Positions 61,866 through 64,000 of a DNA stretch of 64,000 nucleotides are shown here, one piece after another. The DNA is taken from positions 250,001-314,000 of the forward strand of contig CM076001.1 in the NCBI GenBank assembly GCA_038087875.1, in the 5' to 3' direction. Source of the DNA: Malacoraja senta. Taxonomy: Eukaryota. Under the pieces are notes generated by a model, which saw nothing but the letters and a program-made list of their open reading frames with translations, was not told the origin of the DNA and did not search any database. The position numbers were made by a program, and so were the translations under genes. Within the stretch, counting starts at the first letter, position 1; each line of letters starts with the position of its first letter.

Positions 61866-62373
61866 AGGGCCTGTCCCACCAGCATGCGATTGCATGCGTC
61901 TAGCGCGACCAAACGTGGTGGCTTGAGGCATATGGCCTCGCGGGGCCGGTCCCACTTCCAACCACGGAGCCGTCTGGAGTTGTGCGGGGCTGGTCCCGAC
62001 ATCATACTCACCAATCAGCTGGGTAGGAGGAGGGCCGACTGAATTTGGACGTCGCATGGCGTCGGGCGGTTACGTCATCACGCAACAGCACACCGGGCGG
62101 TGACGTCATCGCGCAACGCCACGCGCTAGGCGTATGCCGTCAAGACGCTGCGTACGGCGTCAAGACGCTGCATACGGCCTCAATGCGGCTGCGGGCCGAC
62201 AGGCCGTTGTCGCGCGGGATTTTCGGACAGTGCAAGATTTTTGGAGCCCCGCGCGATGTCGGGACCAGCCTCCGGTGATCGAAGTGGGACCGGCCCCGCG
62301 AGGCCGTATGCCTCAAGCGACCACGTTCGGTCGTGCTAGACGCATGCTATCGCATGCTGGTGGGAGAGGCCCT
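61866..62373. mobile_element. Harbinger-like MITE with about 95-bp TIRs, nested in an old CR1
   Basis: agggcctgtcccaccagcatgcg...cccacttc mirrored at the right end. Flanks are TAA and TTA, so a TA TSD is also possible. Shares its terminal motif with 16778-17402. Confidence 0.8.
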
Positions 62374-62690
62374 TTAGGAAATCATTCTCAATATTTATAA
62401 CAGTGACCTGGCCTCAACTGGAGAAATGTATTAAAGGTTTAGGAAGGAACTGGTCTGAAGAAGCGTCTCCAACCGGAACGTCACCTATTCCTTCTCTCCA
62501 CTGAGTTACTCCAGCTTCTTGTGTCGATCTTAAATATATTCAATTCTGATTGTTTTACTATAGGAAGGATGAGAGATGCTGGGGAGGGCCTGGACAAGAC
62601 TTCTGAGACGACAGATATGAGGCAAGATTAGAGAGGCTGGGCTTGTTTTCAGTAGTGAAGGGAAAGCTGAAGATAAATGTAATAGAAGTA

Positions 62691-62750
62691 CAGTAAACCC
62701 TCGATTTTATGGACTTCTTGATAATGGGTTTTGTTTATATCGATGGACCT
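62691..62750 (+). mobile_element. Possible Tigger/pogo-type TIR; other end not seen
   Basis: TA|cagtaaaccctcgattttatggac interrupts a CR1 fragment. Confidence 0.4.
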
Positions 62751-63748
62751 ACTGACCTTCACGGCCAGGCTGGGCTGCCAACTCCATCCTCTGCCCACAT
62801 CACCATGACCAGCCGCCTCCAGGCTGGCACCTCAGAGCCATCGTCAGCTGTGTCCAGTTGGGCCCGCACTCCCAACCCCGGCGATTTCCGGAGCGTGCTA
62901 GCCATGCCATCCTTGGCCCACGCTGGCACCCCTGGCTACCTCAAGGCCAGACCTACTGCCACCATCTCCTGCCTACACTGTTCCATCAGCTGCTTCCAAG
63001 CCGTGCCCACCACCACCGCCGACCATTCCCTGCACCACAGCCGCTCGTGGACCAGGACTAATGACTCCGCTGAACTTCACCTCAACTCTCCTGGATTCCA
63101 GGACCAGTTCCACACACAGAGTGTGAAGAAAGGTTGACGCAAAACATCATTTGTCCATGTTCTCCAGAGATGCTGCCTGAGGTGCTAAATTACTCCAGCA
63201 CTTTATGTCTTTTTGTGGATTAACCAGCACCGGCATTTCTTTCTTTCTACGTCGACAGGACCGCGAGGGGGCTGGAGAAGTTGGACGTGTGGAGCAAGGA
63301 CTGATGGGAGGATGAACTGGGGCAATGCCTCCAGCACCTTCAGGTAGGCTGCAGGAGGTGCCCCCAGGACACAAATGTGGCCGGGCGAGGAGAGGGACGT
63401 TGGTTCATGGAAGCTGCTCCAGTACATCGAGCTGCCGGACAAACTGGACTTTGGACTTTGAATAATGGCCCCAAAAATGTTGGCACCCGCATGTGTAATA
63501 TATGCAAAATGAATATCACTGTGCATTTGCATATGTGACAAATAAAGGATTGAACTATTTTATATTGAAGTCTCGTGATGAGACTACATGAAAAAGAACC
63601 CGCCAGCCCGCATGTGCGTCAATACGTCGACGCATGGCGCGGGATTCGGAGCAGTTCGAAACTGCTCCGGCAGGTAAGACTATTTTGTTTCAGGAACGGG
63701 CCGCTACTCCGAAAACAGGTGCAGCAGGCCCGGATAACCTGACGGCGT

Positions 63749-64000
63749 GGCCCGTGCAGCTACCGCCGTTGGAGGCTCCGAATGGCAGCAGGCAGCCGGA
63801 CTTGGTGAAACTGACGGGCACGGCCCGTGCAGCTACCGCCTTGAGGCTCCGAACGGGAACAGGAGGCCGGAATTGGAAAAGCTAACGGGCGTGACCTCTG
63901 CAGCCACCGCCAGTAAGGCTCCGGATGGGAGCCGGCGGCTGGAATTGGTGAAGCTGACGGGCGCGACCCGTTCAGCCACCTCCGTGTTGGCTGCAGAAGG
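63749..64000 (+). repeat. Imperfect tandem repeat of about 72 bp, at least 3.5 units, running off the right edge
   Basis: Recurring gcagc(t/c)accgcc..aggctccg..gga(c/a)ttgg..ctgacgggc. Confidence 0.8.

Overview
Vertebrate genomic DNA, most likely a cartilaginous fish such as a skate or ray (inferred from the HE1-like V-SINEs and the CR1/Penelope repertoire, not proven). The only host gene I can support is a complete minus-strand PTS (6-pyruvoyl-tetrahydropterin synthase). I assembled it by hand from six GT-AG exons: 54460-54554, 31718-31797, 25947-25969, 23242-23298, 23014-23084 and 17469-17592, giving 450 nt or 149 aa. The ORF track shows only the last exon. Most of the rest is nested mobile DNA. 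It includes a full-length L1 with two open ORFs in PTS intron 1, a truncated sister copy about 300 bp upstream of the PTS ATG, and an inverted (twin-primed) L1. There are also CR1, Rex1 and Tx1 LINE fragments, a Passport-like Tc1, several hAT, Harbinger and ISL2EU-like non-autonomous elements, and a collapsed endogenous retrovirus that the ORF track misses. The strongest candidate for a system is an inverted Penelope-like element plus about 20 tiny insertions sharing its terminus, which carries a minimal hammerhead-ribozyme core; several of these have their own TSDs. No prokaryotic or CRISPR features were seen. Most short ORFs in the track are TE-derived or spurious.
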